From Paraspadella gotoi (taxonomy: Eukaryota; Animalia; Chaetognatha): a stretch of 64,000 nucleotides of DNA. Positions 27,443 through 39,586 of this stretch are shown one piece after another. Location of the stretch: NCBI GenBank assembly GCA_051294375.1, contig CM119267.1:18819439-18883438 (forward strand). Reading direction: 5' to 3'. Numbering within the stretch: the stretch's first letter is position 1; the number at the start of each line of letters is the position of its first letter. The position numbers and the translations under genes were made by a program. The notes below the pieces were generated by a model that was not told the DNA's origin, did not search any database, and was given only the letters and a program-made list of their open reading frames with translations.

Positions 27443-28727
27443 TTTTATTTCACATTGGGGAAAAATATGGATGATTACAAACTGCTCAAACATCTGTACT
27501 ATGTGTCGCAGTTTTGGTTCTTTATAGGTTTTTCTTTGTCAAAAATTAGTTTTTTTTATTCTCGCAATGTGAATGAGTGATTACATTTACTGAAATAAAA
27601 GAAAACAAAATGGAATTAAGTGCCAAGTGCCAGTTTTTCTTTTTATTAGAGCAGAATAATAACGACCCGCAGGAAAATAAAGTCGTTATCTTTACCTCGT
27701 GATACTTCTCCATTTTTACTGTGTCTTTTTACTGGTTCATTGATAAGATGATGACCAAACAAGGAACAACCGAAGAGTAATAATACTTTTAAATATATAC
27801 AGATACGCCCGTTAAATTTCTAATCCTGTGACTTACACGAGTGGGCGGCGATATTATAAAGTGGCAATCGAATGGCAATGTAAGGGATAGTCAGTGATGC
27901 GAACAAATGAAGAACTTTAAGCTTGAGCCATCGAGAGAGACCGAAACGCCACTAGTCCCGGCACAATCTGAATAGTTCTCCAATTTAATCTTGCTTAAAT
28001 ATAAACGAATTAACATTATTGAATTATGTCTTTGTAATTAAACAAGTCTGCATTCTCTAATCGCCAAAACCCGGACGCCTATTGACGTTTCCATTCGGCG
28101 CCGGGAAATCAGACAAGCCACTCCACTCTCTATCGCTAGTCTTACGACTCGCGAACGAACTTTGATTCAGAATTTCTTCACCCAAAAGATAAAAGGGGTG
28201 AGGCGAAGAAAATAAATTTATTACGCTACTCTGATTTCCCCTCGTTTCCAATTTAAAAGTTTTCTCTCTCATGCAATTCCTAATTTATTTTTCCTCTCCT
28301 CCTTTCAGCTCGACCCAAAATACTCTCATACTCTATGTCATTGTACCCCTTAACCTCTCTATCTCTCCATTATCGCTCCTCCCTCCTTCTCTTCTGATTG
28401 AATTAACTTTGTCTGTCCCCAAATCCTTTTCAATTATTCAAATCTATTCCGAGGAGTGGGCCGCGTCAGCGGCGGCGGCGCGCGGCGGCGGCGGCAGCGG
28501 TTGGGAGGGGGAAGATGGGGGTGCGATTGGTTTGCGGGAAGGTGAAAGGTAGGATCAAACCCGCGAGTTTACAAAAGAGTTGGGCGGGTTGTGCACTGCA
28601 ATCGAGTGAGGCGTATACGCCCAAAATCTCTGAAGGCCCTTCCCTCTTCAAGGAGTGGTATACGTAGACGCCTCTCTCTCTCTCTCTCTCTCACTCTCTC
28701 TCTCTCTTTCTTTCTCTCTCTCTCTCG

Positions 28728-28770
<43 letters not shown>

Positions 28771-29561
28771 GTAGTAGTAGTTCGGCGAATAGTAAACGAC
28801 GATTAATCGACTCAAGGACGATGCCGCAAAGGGGGAAGTAATGAATGGGCGGATCCTCCAGTTTTTTGAAAGTGAGATCTCGCGTGAGTGGAGGAACTTT
28901 GGGAAGGAGGGGTTGGGTAAGTGAGCGGGATAGTGAAAAGGGTGCAGGTTCCGTCCGCAGGCAAACTTACCTGGCGTCTTTAGAAGTCGGAGTTTTAAAA
29001 ACCCGGTAAATCGCCTCGTCAGTCCGGGATTTACAAAACAGAGGCTTTTGTTTACTTTCTTTCGCTGTGTTTTTCAAGCTTCGTGATTTTGTTTTTGAAA
29101 TTAACATAAACCTATATTGACTTGTACATCTAGTAAGATATTGTTTTTCTCCGAATTATGTATTTGGAATTGAGCAGAATAAAAAAAACAAAGATGTCGG
29201 TAGTTCTAAGAAATCCTCAATAGACTTAGACAGGTGCACCTTTGAAGATTATAATAGTTATGAGAAATAACTTCAGCGCTCCACAAGATTCTCTCCGTAA
29301 TGTCATTTATGTTTGATTTCTTGTAGACATCATTGTAATTTATGGGAAAGAGAAAAAGTCACATTTCGAAAATGGTTGAGAATTGCTATTAAGTTAGAAT
29401 TATCGGTTGTTATATCGAAAAAAAAAAAAGATCGAATGGCTGATTTATNNNNNNNNNNNNNNNNNNNNNNNNNGGAGGAAATATTAATCTGTAGTCGGGC
29501 ATTGCCTAGGTTCACCCCGAAAAGAATCATGACACTTTCAGTTGTGACCCGGTGGCTCATT

Positions 29562-29848
29562 NNNNNNNNNNNNNNNNNNNNNNNNNNNNNNNNNNNNNNN
29601 NNNNNNNNNNNNNNNNNNNNNNNNNNNNNNNNNNNNNNNNNNNNNNNNNNNNNNNNNNNNNNNNNNNNNNNNNNNNNNNNNNNNNNNNNNNNNNNNNNNN
29701 NNNNNNNNNNNNNNNNNNNNNNNNNNNNNNNNNNNNNNNNNNNNNNNNNNNNNNNNNNNNNNNNNNNNNNNNNNNNNNNNNNNNNNNNNNNNNNNNNNNN
29801 NNNNNNNNNNNNNNNNNNNNNNNNNNNNNNNNNNNNNNNNNNNNNNNN
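29562..29848. other. Assembly gap (287 N)
   Basis: Run of n whose length approximates the missing homologous stretch 18681-18970. Confidence 0.97.
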
Positions 29849-30257
29849 ATTTTAAATTTTGTAATTAATTAACTAATTAATTCTAAATTTTGTATAAGAA
29901 TGGCGCAGCGTTAAGGTCCCCGCAGCCAGGGTCGGCCACGCCTCTCGCCTTGTGACCGTGAGAGATCATTCATTTATCGCAATCAAGGATCGTCGCGCCA
30001 ACAATCAAGAATGCTTGCACATGAGGTGATCCAATCCTATCCACAGCATATCTTACATGATTCGTTATAAAGTCAAGATTTTGAAATATGAAATGAGAAT
30101 AAATTCTTCGCGTACGCGTTCCCCCTTTGGCGCGTCTCTTCAAATTTATAAGACAAAATATATAATATTAATTTTGAATCGTACCAATGACAGCTGAATA
30201 ACACTTCTATCGACGACCTGGGGCGAAAGTACAGAGGCTCTGCGACGCCATTTGTCG

Positions 30258-30314
<57 letters not shown>

Positions 30315-30847
30315 TGCTCGCATTTCTCAAGGCCGGCAGAGCGATTAGCACGTTTCCGGGCGACTTGAAGCGCGCGGGGGCACGAGACTTGGCGAGCGGG
30401 TTTCGCCTGCAAATTNNNNNNNNNNGCGAAAAGAAGAAAAAGAAGAAGAAAAAAAAGAAAGAAATCGGAGATCGTTTTTGGCCAAAAATCAGTTTTTTTT
30501 GCCAAATCTCTATTTTTCGACGGGGCCGACTCAAGATTAAAATGGGGAGAGGAATTCCACAGATTAGGTTGAGGTTGAAATGACAAGTCTCGGGAAAAAA
30601 TTATTATTTTGGGTATTTTATATTTAGTTTTTAATATGGGCATTCGATTATTTCTCGAACGCGCAAAGCTCTTGAAAAAGCTGAGACAGCAGTCCGTTGC
30701 CGCGTCTGATATCAGAAATATCAAAGGAAAGTATGTACTCATAGAAGTGTCGATATCGGACTGCTTGACTTGTATTTCATTCATTAATTCGTCACCGGGT
30801 AAATTTGTTACATCAAGTAAAATCTATCTCAGCTTGAAATCTCGATC

Positions 30848-31213
30848 CTATTTTTCCTCATCCGTTCCACGACGAGCTCCGCAAACTCTCCCCGCCCAGG
30901 GCTCCACGAAAATCTCCCAACATTTCCACCGGAACTTTGGAGAGACGACGGCGTAGAGGAGGAAGTTGACGGCGCTGTTGAGCCCGATGACGAGGCGAGA
31001 CGCTTTGTAGGCGGCGTCCTTAATTTCTTCCGAGACACCCGTGTAGTTTATTCTCAAGCGAAAGAGGTTGGCGACGAGGGACACGCAAAAGACGACTGCG
31101 ACGAAGACTTGCATCTGGAGCAGCTCGCGGGCGCCGCTGGGAGCTTTCGACGGCGACGACGACGACGACGACACCGGCAACAAAAACCGGCTGCTTCTTA
31201 GGCCCCAAATCAC
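30848..31213 (-). CDS. GPCR-C, partial (end of TM5 to C-terminus), rhodopsin-class FMRFamide-receptor-like/Srw-like
   Basis: Open frame with hydrophobic TM6 (QMQVFVAVVFCVSLVANLF) and TM7/helix 8 LNSAVNFLLYAVVSPKFR. The 5' part is missing in this copy. Confidence 0.75.
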   Translation of the reverse strand: MIWGLRSSRFLLPVSSSSSSPSKAPSGARELLQMQVFVAVVFCVSLVANLFRLRINYTGVSEEIKDAAYKASRLVIGLNSAVNFLLYAVVSPKFRWKCWEIFVEPWAGRVCGARRGTDEEK

Positions 31214-31776
31214 CTTGGTTAAGTCAGTGAGTAACTATTGTTAACTCTTTTATTTTATTTATTATTAGAGATTGAAGAAAGTGGGATCGAATCCTACATC
31301 CCCCTGACGAGTTGACGGGAGGAGATGATGAGCTGGAGGAGTCGCTCTCACGGTCGGGCTCTTCTTGGTCCTTCTGAAAAAAGGAGATTCTGAAGTACCG
31401 CATTGTAATCCGGTCTCGCGACGGCGTTGGCGCCAGGTTGGAATGAAGAATCATGATACCCATATAAGTAATCATTTTTCAGATTATAATAATTTAAACA
31501 GGTTTATATATTTAAAGAAAACAGATTTAACACATTTATAATAGACAATTAAATACAAAATAACATTGGACATTGTACAAAATTTGAAATATAAAAAATC
31601 CCATTTGCTTTTTCCAGTCATTGAGAGACAAATTTCAAAAAAGATCGAATCAATTTCTATTTATAGAAACAAAGCGATTCTCTAGAAAAAGCGAAAATTT
31701 GACGTCATAATTTTATGTCTACCTAAAAAATTCATGATTAATGAATGCGTCAGAGAAGGCGATCGTTCGATTTCCC

Positions 31777-33985
31777 TCAACCGCTCGATCTCTCAGAGTC
31801 GGACGAAAGTCCGACGTAAAACACGGGCTCCACCTCGAGCTCACGTTCGCTTTTCAAAGGCAACTTCCCTCCGAGTCTCTCGATCCCCCGGCGGAACATC
31901 CGTCGAAAGGCTCGTCGAAAACTCCGACACTTCGCGAAGTAGACGAAGAAGTTGACGGCGGAGTTGAGAAAGTTGGAGACTCGGTAGGTCTTGTAGACGA
32001 GATGGTGCGGATCCCGGGTTTTCGAAAAGTTCATCACTTTGTCAAGAAAGTTGGTTCCCATGGCGACGACGTACAACAGCGCCACGCAGATCGTCATTCG
32101 TTGAAGGTCTATTGAGGCCGGGGACGATGACGACGACGACGACGACGACATCGCCGACGTTCTAGCAACGACGAACAACGTCAACGTCGTCATGGAAACC
32201 AACAAGCAAAAGCCCGAAAGCGAGATAAATATGTCAAAGAGAAAACGTTCGCCCATGGCTCGAATCGAACACACGGCGCCGACGAGGACGAAGACGACGG
32301 CGACGACGACGCCGAGCTCGGAGAGGGTCTGCCCCGACGTCTCCTCCAGGGCGCGGAGGGAGCGACGGAGGCCGAGGAGAGTTCGGGCGCGTTTGGCCAC
32401 GATGAAAACCATGAGGACTCGGTTGGTGCTGACGACAATGGTGCCAGAGAAGAAGAAGATCTGAGGCGGAAAGGAATTTAAATTCTTAACTTATTTTAGA
32501 ATTTGCCTATTAATAATATCTAAAAAAAAACGACCGTGAAAGGATTACTGGTACTGGTACCGTAAAAATTATAAACTTAATGGTAAACACTTTATTTACA
32601 CTCCTGTGGAAAAAAAAAAAAAACGCGCCACTTTATAACTTTAAATGGATGGCCCAATTTTAAGTTTAATATCAAGTGGAATCAAGCTTGTACCTGTAAA
32701 TATTTTTAAATAAAAAAAATTATTTTTTATTTTGCAATTTTTGCATACGCCCATATTTATACATAATACTCACCATAGAAAATGTTAAAATTTTAAAATG
32801 CTTTTTTCTCATTTTTGAAAGCAGATTCGAATTCCTCACGAAAAGTAGATAAAAGGAAATATAACTCTTTTTAGAAAATTATTTCATTAAGTGGGTCAAA
32901 ATCCTAAAAACTGTTAAATTTAACTTATAATTTAATTTTAGTATAAAAATTTTTTGAATTTTTGATTAAGACTTATATTTTCTTTTATCAACTTTTTATG
33001 AGGAATTCGAATCTGCTTTCAAAACTAAAAAAACAAAACTATTTTAAAATTTTAACATTTTCTATGGTATAAATATGGTATAAATATGGGCGTATGCGAA
33101 AATTGAGAAACTAAAAAAAAAATTGTTTTTATATATCAATGTTCTTTAGTACAAGACTGTTTATGAACAACTATTCGAATTTTGATCTGCAATAATTTAT
33201 ACATTTTTGAAACGCACTAAGTATTGGACGAAGAAATATTTGGTTGGTTCGTCATCTTCAGTCAGTTTGAGCCAAACAGATTTGGCTAAGAAGAAGAGGG
33301 TGACGAAGAGATCGGAGACGGCCAGCGCCACCAGGTGGATCTGGACCGTCGACGGGACGCTCGGGGCGCGAGGACCTGGTTGTAGAATGACAAAAAATTC
33401 TTGTACGATGTAACAAAGAAATTGACAGATAGAGAACTGAAATTCCGAAGTCAAGCGTCTCATTGGCCATAAGATTGATCATTTGTTTCCAGCAAATCTA
33501 TTTTTCTGATTAAAATGATAAAATAATAAAAATAATTATTTATAATTTGTATTGTGTACTGTATATGAATGACTTAAAAGTTATTTTTTTAAAACAATAG
33601 TTAAATATATATAATCCCATACAAAAACTTGAAACTATAAGTCTAAGCCATTCTTGTTCACAAAATTCTACATAACTTGACGATACAATGATACAATGAC
33701 TCAATCAGTCAATGCTACAACTAATTAGTTTTAGAAAATATTGAAATTTAAATAATATCAGCATCAGTAAAAAACCGTAATATAAAAGAGTATCAAGTAA
33801 ATATTAAACTATAAAACTAGACGAATAGAACCTCGTTGAGGTCCGGACGAGCAGTTGGAGTCGCAGCCGAGGATGGTCGGGATCGAGAGGCCGTTGAAGA
33901 GAAACGAGACGAGGCTAATGCCGATCATCAACCAAAATGGCGGCACCTGCTCGTGGAACTCTCGATGCATGTCCGTCAGGTTCAT
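31777..33985 (-). CDS. GPCR-B, 7TM rhodopsin-class orphan receptor, 331 aa; exons 33832-33985, 33218-33375, 31777-32460
   Basis: Hand-spliced at GT-AG sites with compatible phases: MNLTDMHREF..., TM1 WLMIGISLVSFLFNGLSIPTIL, TM2 QIHLVALAVSDLF, TM3 STNRVLMVFIVAKRA, TM7 LNSAVNFFVYFAKCRSFRRAF. Total 996 nt. Confidence 0.85.
32687..33155. mobile_element. Fold-back MITE-like element (about 470 bp, imperfect arms of about 185 bp) in GPCR-B intron 2
   Basis: 32687-32870 (CTTGTAC...GCATACGCCCATATTTATA...CCATAGAAAATGTTAAAATTTTAAAAT...GAAAGCAGATTCGAATTCCTCA) is the reverse complement of 32967-33155. AT-rich and non-coding. Also present in both arms (about 9165-9650 and 22555-23030). Confidence 0.7.
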
Positions 33986-34586
33986 TTCAGTTCTGGCATT
34001 TATGTTTTGACGATATTCGAGAAACAATAGAGTTAGGGAATAATGTTTTACAAAAATGTTGGGTCGATTAATTAATAGAAAATCGGAATTCGGCGGGACG
34101 CTTATAAAGGCTATCCCACCCGCAGGACTTGTTTGTGGACTTGTTTGTGCTCGATGATTTACTCTCCAGATGATGATTACCGATTTATTCTTGGAAAAAA
34201 AAGTCACAATGAAAAGTACTAATTAATATGCTAGCGTAATGAGTAGCATCGATGACAAGGAACACGCTGTGACGTCTGGTATGACGGGAAAAGGGAAATG
34301 ACAGTCGTCGGTCGTTTTCTTTGGGAGGGATACTCTTAGAAAAAATATTTAGTATATCAGGTGCTTTGAAAATTTATATTCCTAATATACGTACGAATAA
34401 ATAAATATTTTATTACTTTTCATTTGGAATTTTGTAATTTAAGTTTTAAGCCAAGGTAAATTGATCGTTTCTGAGAGTTGTACAACAATTTTTTTAAAGA
34501 ATTCGTGTTGGAAATTTAATGTTTTTTTTACAAATTTGTCAATCGTGGTGAACATGATATGATCAGATAAGACTAGAGAGATAAAA

Positions 34587-34633
<47 letters not shown>

Positions 34634-35047
34634 GCTAAAAATCTACTGGTTTTGACCTCGACGAAAGCGACGTACGTCCTAAAAAGGTTTATTTTTAAAG
34701 GGTTTCGAGAGCTAAGCCTCGTTGCTTAAAAATATCAATTTAAACTTGTAAACGGATAGAGTCTTTTATACATATTTGATTTCGAACGAATTTGACCATG
34801 GCGACCAACTATAAGACTATGATGGAAGGAAAAAAAGGCCATATTTTTTCAAATTAGTTTTCACGTTTTAGGATTAGGGTTAGGGAGTAGGTTATATACG
34901 TGTTAGGCTAAAATAAAGTTACAAGGAAACGATGATAAAAGATACAATATGATTCTATAATTAAATCATCACCAAGAAGAAAATTTAAAAAAAACTTATA
35001 TACGGATTTTTAAAGATAAAATATTTCATGCAACGTAAAAAGCTTAA

Positions 35048-35892
35048 TCACGACTCCTCAACATCCCCGGCCTTTCCTCTTCTCTTCAGGTACAACTCAA
35101 TAAATGTTTTTCTAAATCTCGAAGAGACGCCGCAATAGACGAAGAAGTTGACGGTGCTGTTGAGAAGCGACGCAAAGGGCCTCACCTTGGCCACGGGCAC
35201 GCCGCTGTTGGCTCCGAAGGCGTGCCACAGCATCACCGGCAAAAAAGAGGAGCAGAAGACAACGCCCACCAGCGCGACCATCCACTGGAGCTGGAGGGCG
35301 CCGCGGGAGGCCGGCGTCTCCGAGTCGCGCCGACACCGCAGCGCCGCCACGACGAAGACGGTGAGGACGACGGAGACGCCGATGAGCGGGACGCCGAGGG
35401 CGATGCAGGTGACGTTGAAGACGAGGGGGCGAGCGTCGCCGTCCACGACCCAGAAGAGGCCGATGATGAAGGAGAAGAGGAGTGGGCCGGGAAGGACGCC
35501 GAAGAGGAGGAGCTCCACCATGTTGTAGGTGGAGGATTGACGAAGGACTCTGGGATGTGGGAGGGGGGTGGAGAGGGAAAGTGTGGTTTTACAAAGAGTA
35601 TTAAACAGTTCACAAAGTGAGAAATTAACGTGAAAATTAACGGTAAGATGTCATTATGACATATTTTTACTCATATGCGATCACAGGGAAAATTGTATTT
35701 ATTTATTATTATTATTATCATTTATTTAGTTATTTATTTATTTATTTAATAAACAAGCTATCTTGCCTCTCCTTTATGACGACAACATTGTAACCCCCAT
35801 AAGATAAAAATGTCATTTGACAGGATTTCATATCGATAAAACATATTTTGGTTTGTTTTTTTTGAGTTCTAATCATTTTCTTTCTTCTTTTT

Positions 35893-35932
<40 letters not shown>

Positions 35933-36511
35933 CTCTCTCTCTCTCTTCTCTCTCTCCTCTCTCTTCTACAACCTGAGAGAGCAATCGACGTTGAGCAAAG
36001 CCTGGGATCTTTTTGCCAGTATAAAGACGGTGAGCCAACGATTGCTAGAGACGGCGAGAATGCGGGACCCGATGAAAACCTTTATGAGTTGCATTTAAAA
36101 TTAAAGAATCGTTTCCATCTACCGGTCAGTCGGTCAGTCGGTCGGTCTCACCGCGTGGCTGACCACGTCGCCGCCGCCGTCTCCCGTGTCCAACGTCAGC
36201 CAGAGGGACTTGGCGAAGTAGTTGGCGGTGACGATGATGTCGGAGACGGCCAAAGCCGTCAAGTGGACCTGGGAAATGGACAGGGCCTGCGATTTAGTCG
36301 ACGAGAACTTGGACTTGAGGATGGTCGGGATGCAGAGGCCGTTGAGGATGAAGGACGCCGCGCAGATCGGACCCATCAGCCAGACCGGCAACGTCGGCTC
36401 CTTTTTGAAAAGAGGATTAGGAGTGGATTTAAATTTTGTGGGCTTAATGTTCGTTTTTATTTTTTCACTTACCCTTGCTAGTTTGATGACGAACGCTGTC
36501 GTATTGTTCAT
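35048..36511 (-). CDS. GPCR-A, 7TM rhodopsin-class orphan receptor, 298 aa; exons 36473-36511, 36152-36400, 35973-36079, 35048-35549
   Basis: Hand-spliced at GT-AG sites, all in frame: MNNTTAFVIKLAR/EPTLPVWLMGPICAASFILNGLCIPTIL, TM2 QVHLTALAVSDII, TM3 SNRWLTVFILAKRSQALL, TM6 VFCSSFLP, TM7 LNSTVNFFVYCGVSSRFRKTF. Total 897 nt. Confidence 0.88.
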
Positions 36512-37736
36512 TTTTATTTCACATTGGGAAAAATATGGAATGATTACAAACTGCTCAGAACATCTGTACTATGTGTCGCAGTTTTGTTCTTTATAGGTTT
36601 TTCTTTGTCAAAAATTAGTTTTTTTTTCTCGCAAAATGTGAATGAGTGACTTACATTTACTGAAATAAAGAAAACAAAATGGAATATAAGTGCCAAGTGC
36701 CAGTTTTTCTTTTTATTAGAGCAGAATAATAACGACCCGCACGGAAAATAAAGTCGCTATCTTTAGCCTCGTGATACTTCTCCATTTTATGTGTACTTTT
36801 TACTCGGTTCCATTGATAAGATGATGACCAAACAAGGAACAACCGAAGAGTAAATAATACTTTTAAATAATAACAGATACGCCCCGTTAAATTTCTAATC
36901 CTGTGACTTACACGAGTGGGCGGCGATATTAATAAAGTGGCAATCGAATGGCAATGAAGGGATAGTCAGTGATGCGAACAAATGAAGAACTTTACCTTGA
37001 GCCATCGAGAGAGACCGAAACGCCACTAGTCCCGGCACAATTGATAGTTCTCCCAATTTAATTTGCTAAAATATAAACGAATTAAACATTATGAATTATG
37101 TCTTTGATAATTAAACAAAGTCTCATTCTCTATCGCCCCAAAACCCGACGCCTATTCGACGTTCCATTCGGCGCCGGGACAATCAGACAAGCCCACCTCC
37201 ACTCGCTAGTCTTACGATCGCGAACGAACTTTGATTCAGATTTCTCACCCAAAGATAAAAGGGGGTGAGGCGAAGAAATAAATTTTTACGCTACTCTATT
37301 TCCCTCGTTTCCAATTTAAAGTTTTCTCTCTCATGAATTCCTAATTTTATTTTTCCTCTCCTCCTTTCAGCTCGACCCCCAAAATACTCTATACTCTATG
37401 TACATTGTACCCCCCCCTTACCTCTCTATCTCTCCCATTCTCCCTCCCTCCCTCCTTCTCTTCCTGATTGAATTAACTTTGTTGTCCCCAAATCCTTTTC
37501 AATTATTCAAATCTATTCCGAGGAGTCGGGCCGCGTCAGCGGCGGCGGCGGCGGCGGCGGCGGCGGCAGCGGTTGGGAGGGGGAAGATGGGGGTGCGATT
37601 GTTTGCGGAAGGTGAAGGGGTGGATACAACCGCGAGTTACAAAAGTTGGGCGGGTTGTGCACTCAATCAGAGTGAGGCGTATCGCCCAAAATCTTGAAGC
37701 CCCTTGCCCCTCTTCAAGGGAGTGGTACTACGTAGA

Positions 37737-37846
<110 letters not shown>

Positions 37847-39484
37847 GTAGTAGTAGTTCGCGAATAGTAAACGAGTTAATCGATCAAGGACGATGCGCAA
37901 AGGGGGAAGTAATGAATGGGCGGATCTCCAGTTTTTGAAAGTGAGATTCGTGGAGTGGAGGAACTTTGGGACGGAGGGGTTGGGTAAGTGAGCGGGATAG
38001 TGAAAAGGGTGAGGTTCCGTCCGCAGGCAAAACTTACCTGGCGTCTTTAAAGTCGAGTTTAAAACCCGTAAATCCGCCTCTCAGTCCGGGATTTACAAAA
38101 CAGAGGCTTTTGTTTACTTTCTCTTCCGCTTGGATGTTTCAAGCTTTCGTGATTTTGTTTTCTGAAATTAACATAAACCTATATCTACTTTACATCTAGT
38201 CAAATATTGTTTATTCTCCGAATTATGTATTTGGAATTGAGCAGAATTAAAAAAACAAAGATGTCGGGTAGTTCTAAGAAAATCCTCAATAGACATTAGA
38301 CAGGTGCACCTTTGGAAGATTTAATAGTTATGAGAAATCAACTTCAGCGCTCCACAAGATTTCTCCGTAATGTCATTTATGTTTGATTTCTGAAGACATC
38401 ATTGTAAATTTATGGGGAAAGAGAAAAGTCACATTTCGAAAATGGTTGAGAATGCTATTAAGTTTAGAATTAGTCGGTTGTTATACGAAAAAAAAAAAAG
38501 ATAGAATGCTGATTTATAATGCTAATAATGCTAATTTATAATGCTTATTTATAATCGAATAGAATAAAAGAAAACGCATAACGATGTCATGAAAAAAAAT
38601 ATCATCAGATCTAAGAAAATATAATTTTTAAAAACTTTCTTAAAAAATATTTTCAAATGTTCCGCCCTTTTCTCTTCGCGACGCGCGAATTAAAAAAAAA
38701 GAGGAAGATTTAAACCATTTATCTAATAAATCCCAAGTTCGTTGAACCGTAAAAAAGAAAGAAGACGCGTCTCGAGTCTTCTCCTACGAAATAAAATTAA
38801 AGTTGTAGCAGCCACGCCCCCTTCAAGACAACGAGCCGCCATTTTTTCTCCCACCCCTCAAACAACTACCCAAAATACCCCCCGGGCGATCCACATTAAG
38901 GCGGGCCAGAATGTAACATTTTTTTTACAATATACAATTTTCGGTAATGACATTTTTTTCCCTTTTAATACTAAATTGTTGTATGATGTTATATTAAATT
39001 CATCGTATTAACGCATTGCTATTATATACTTTGATAATTTAAAATGGCTTCCATGCTTTTAACTATGATATTAAGATGACAATATTTAACAATATCTAAA
39101 TCGGGCTTGCTACGTTTCGCCTTACCCCCACCTCGGCTCCCCCATGGCCTTCGATTTTTCCTGGGCGCGGTTCTTTCCTGGCCACGTTCTCTAATTTCAT
39201 CCATGAACGAGTTGGGAATTGGGGCTCCGGCCGGCGGGGCTGAGAGGGGGGGGGGTTCTTAAACATCCATTGTGGCGCTAGATACGCCGACGTTCTTTTT
39301 TTTGAGAAAGAGCAGCCTCTCGAAAATTCGCGAAATGTGGGAGGAGGAGAAAAAAAAAAGGGAAACGCCGCCAGGGAAATTCCTTTTGAGGACGAAGAAG
39401 ATTTACGTATTTTTTTACATAAGGTTTTTTTTTTTCTTTTACGTTAGACTTGCGCCATTGTAAACGAGCGCTGTCTTTTCTTTA

Positions 39485-39487
39485 TTT

Positions 39488-39583
<96 letters not shown>
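39485..39583. repeat. (TTTC)n microsatellite
   Basis: Seen directly. Similar tracts at about 45750-45840 and 55550-55670. Confidence 0.9.

Positions 39584-39586
<3 letters not shown>

Larger units (their letters stand above)
16799..29448 (-). repeat. Right arm of the giant inverted repeat
   Basis: Reverse complement of 2816-15244. It ends exactly at a 25-n gap. Confidence 0.95.

Noticed and set aside
34868-34885. Telomere-like TTAGGATTAGGGTTAGGG (mirrored at about 6666 and 25514)
   Set aside because: Only two perfect units, too short to call an interstitial telomere.
35148-35620. Long antisense/alternative-frame ORFs over GPCR-A (similarly over GPCR-B and the ARNT exon at 56703-57332)
   Set aside because: Shadow ORFs expected from GC-rich codon usage on the coding strand.
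38031-38045. AACTTACCTGGCG resembling the 5' end of U1 snRNA (also about 28964)
   Set aside because: No downstream U1 features such as the GATCACGAAGG loop or Sm site. It is simply the complement of a CAG/GTAAGT donor.
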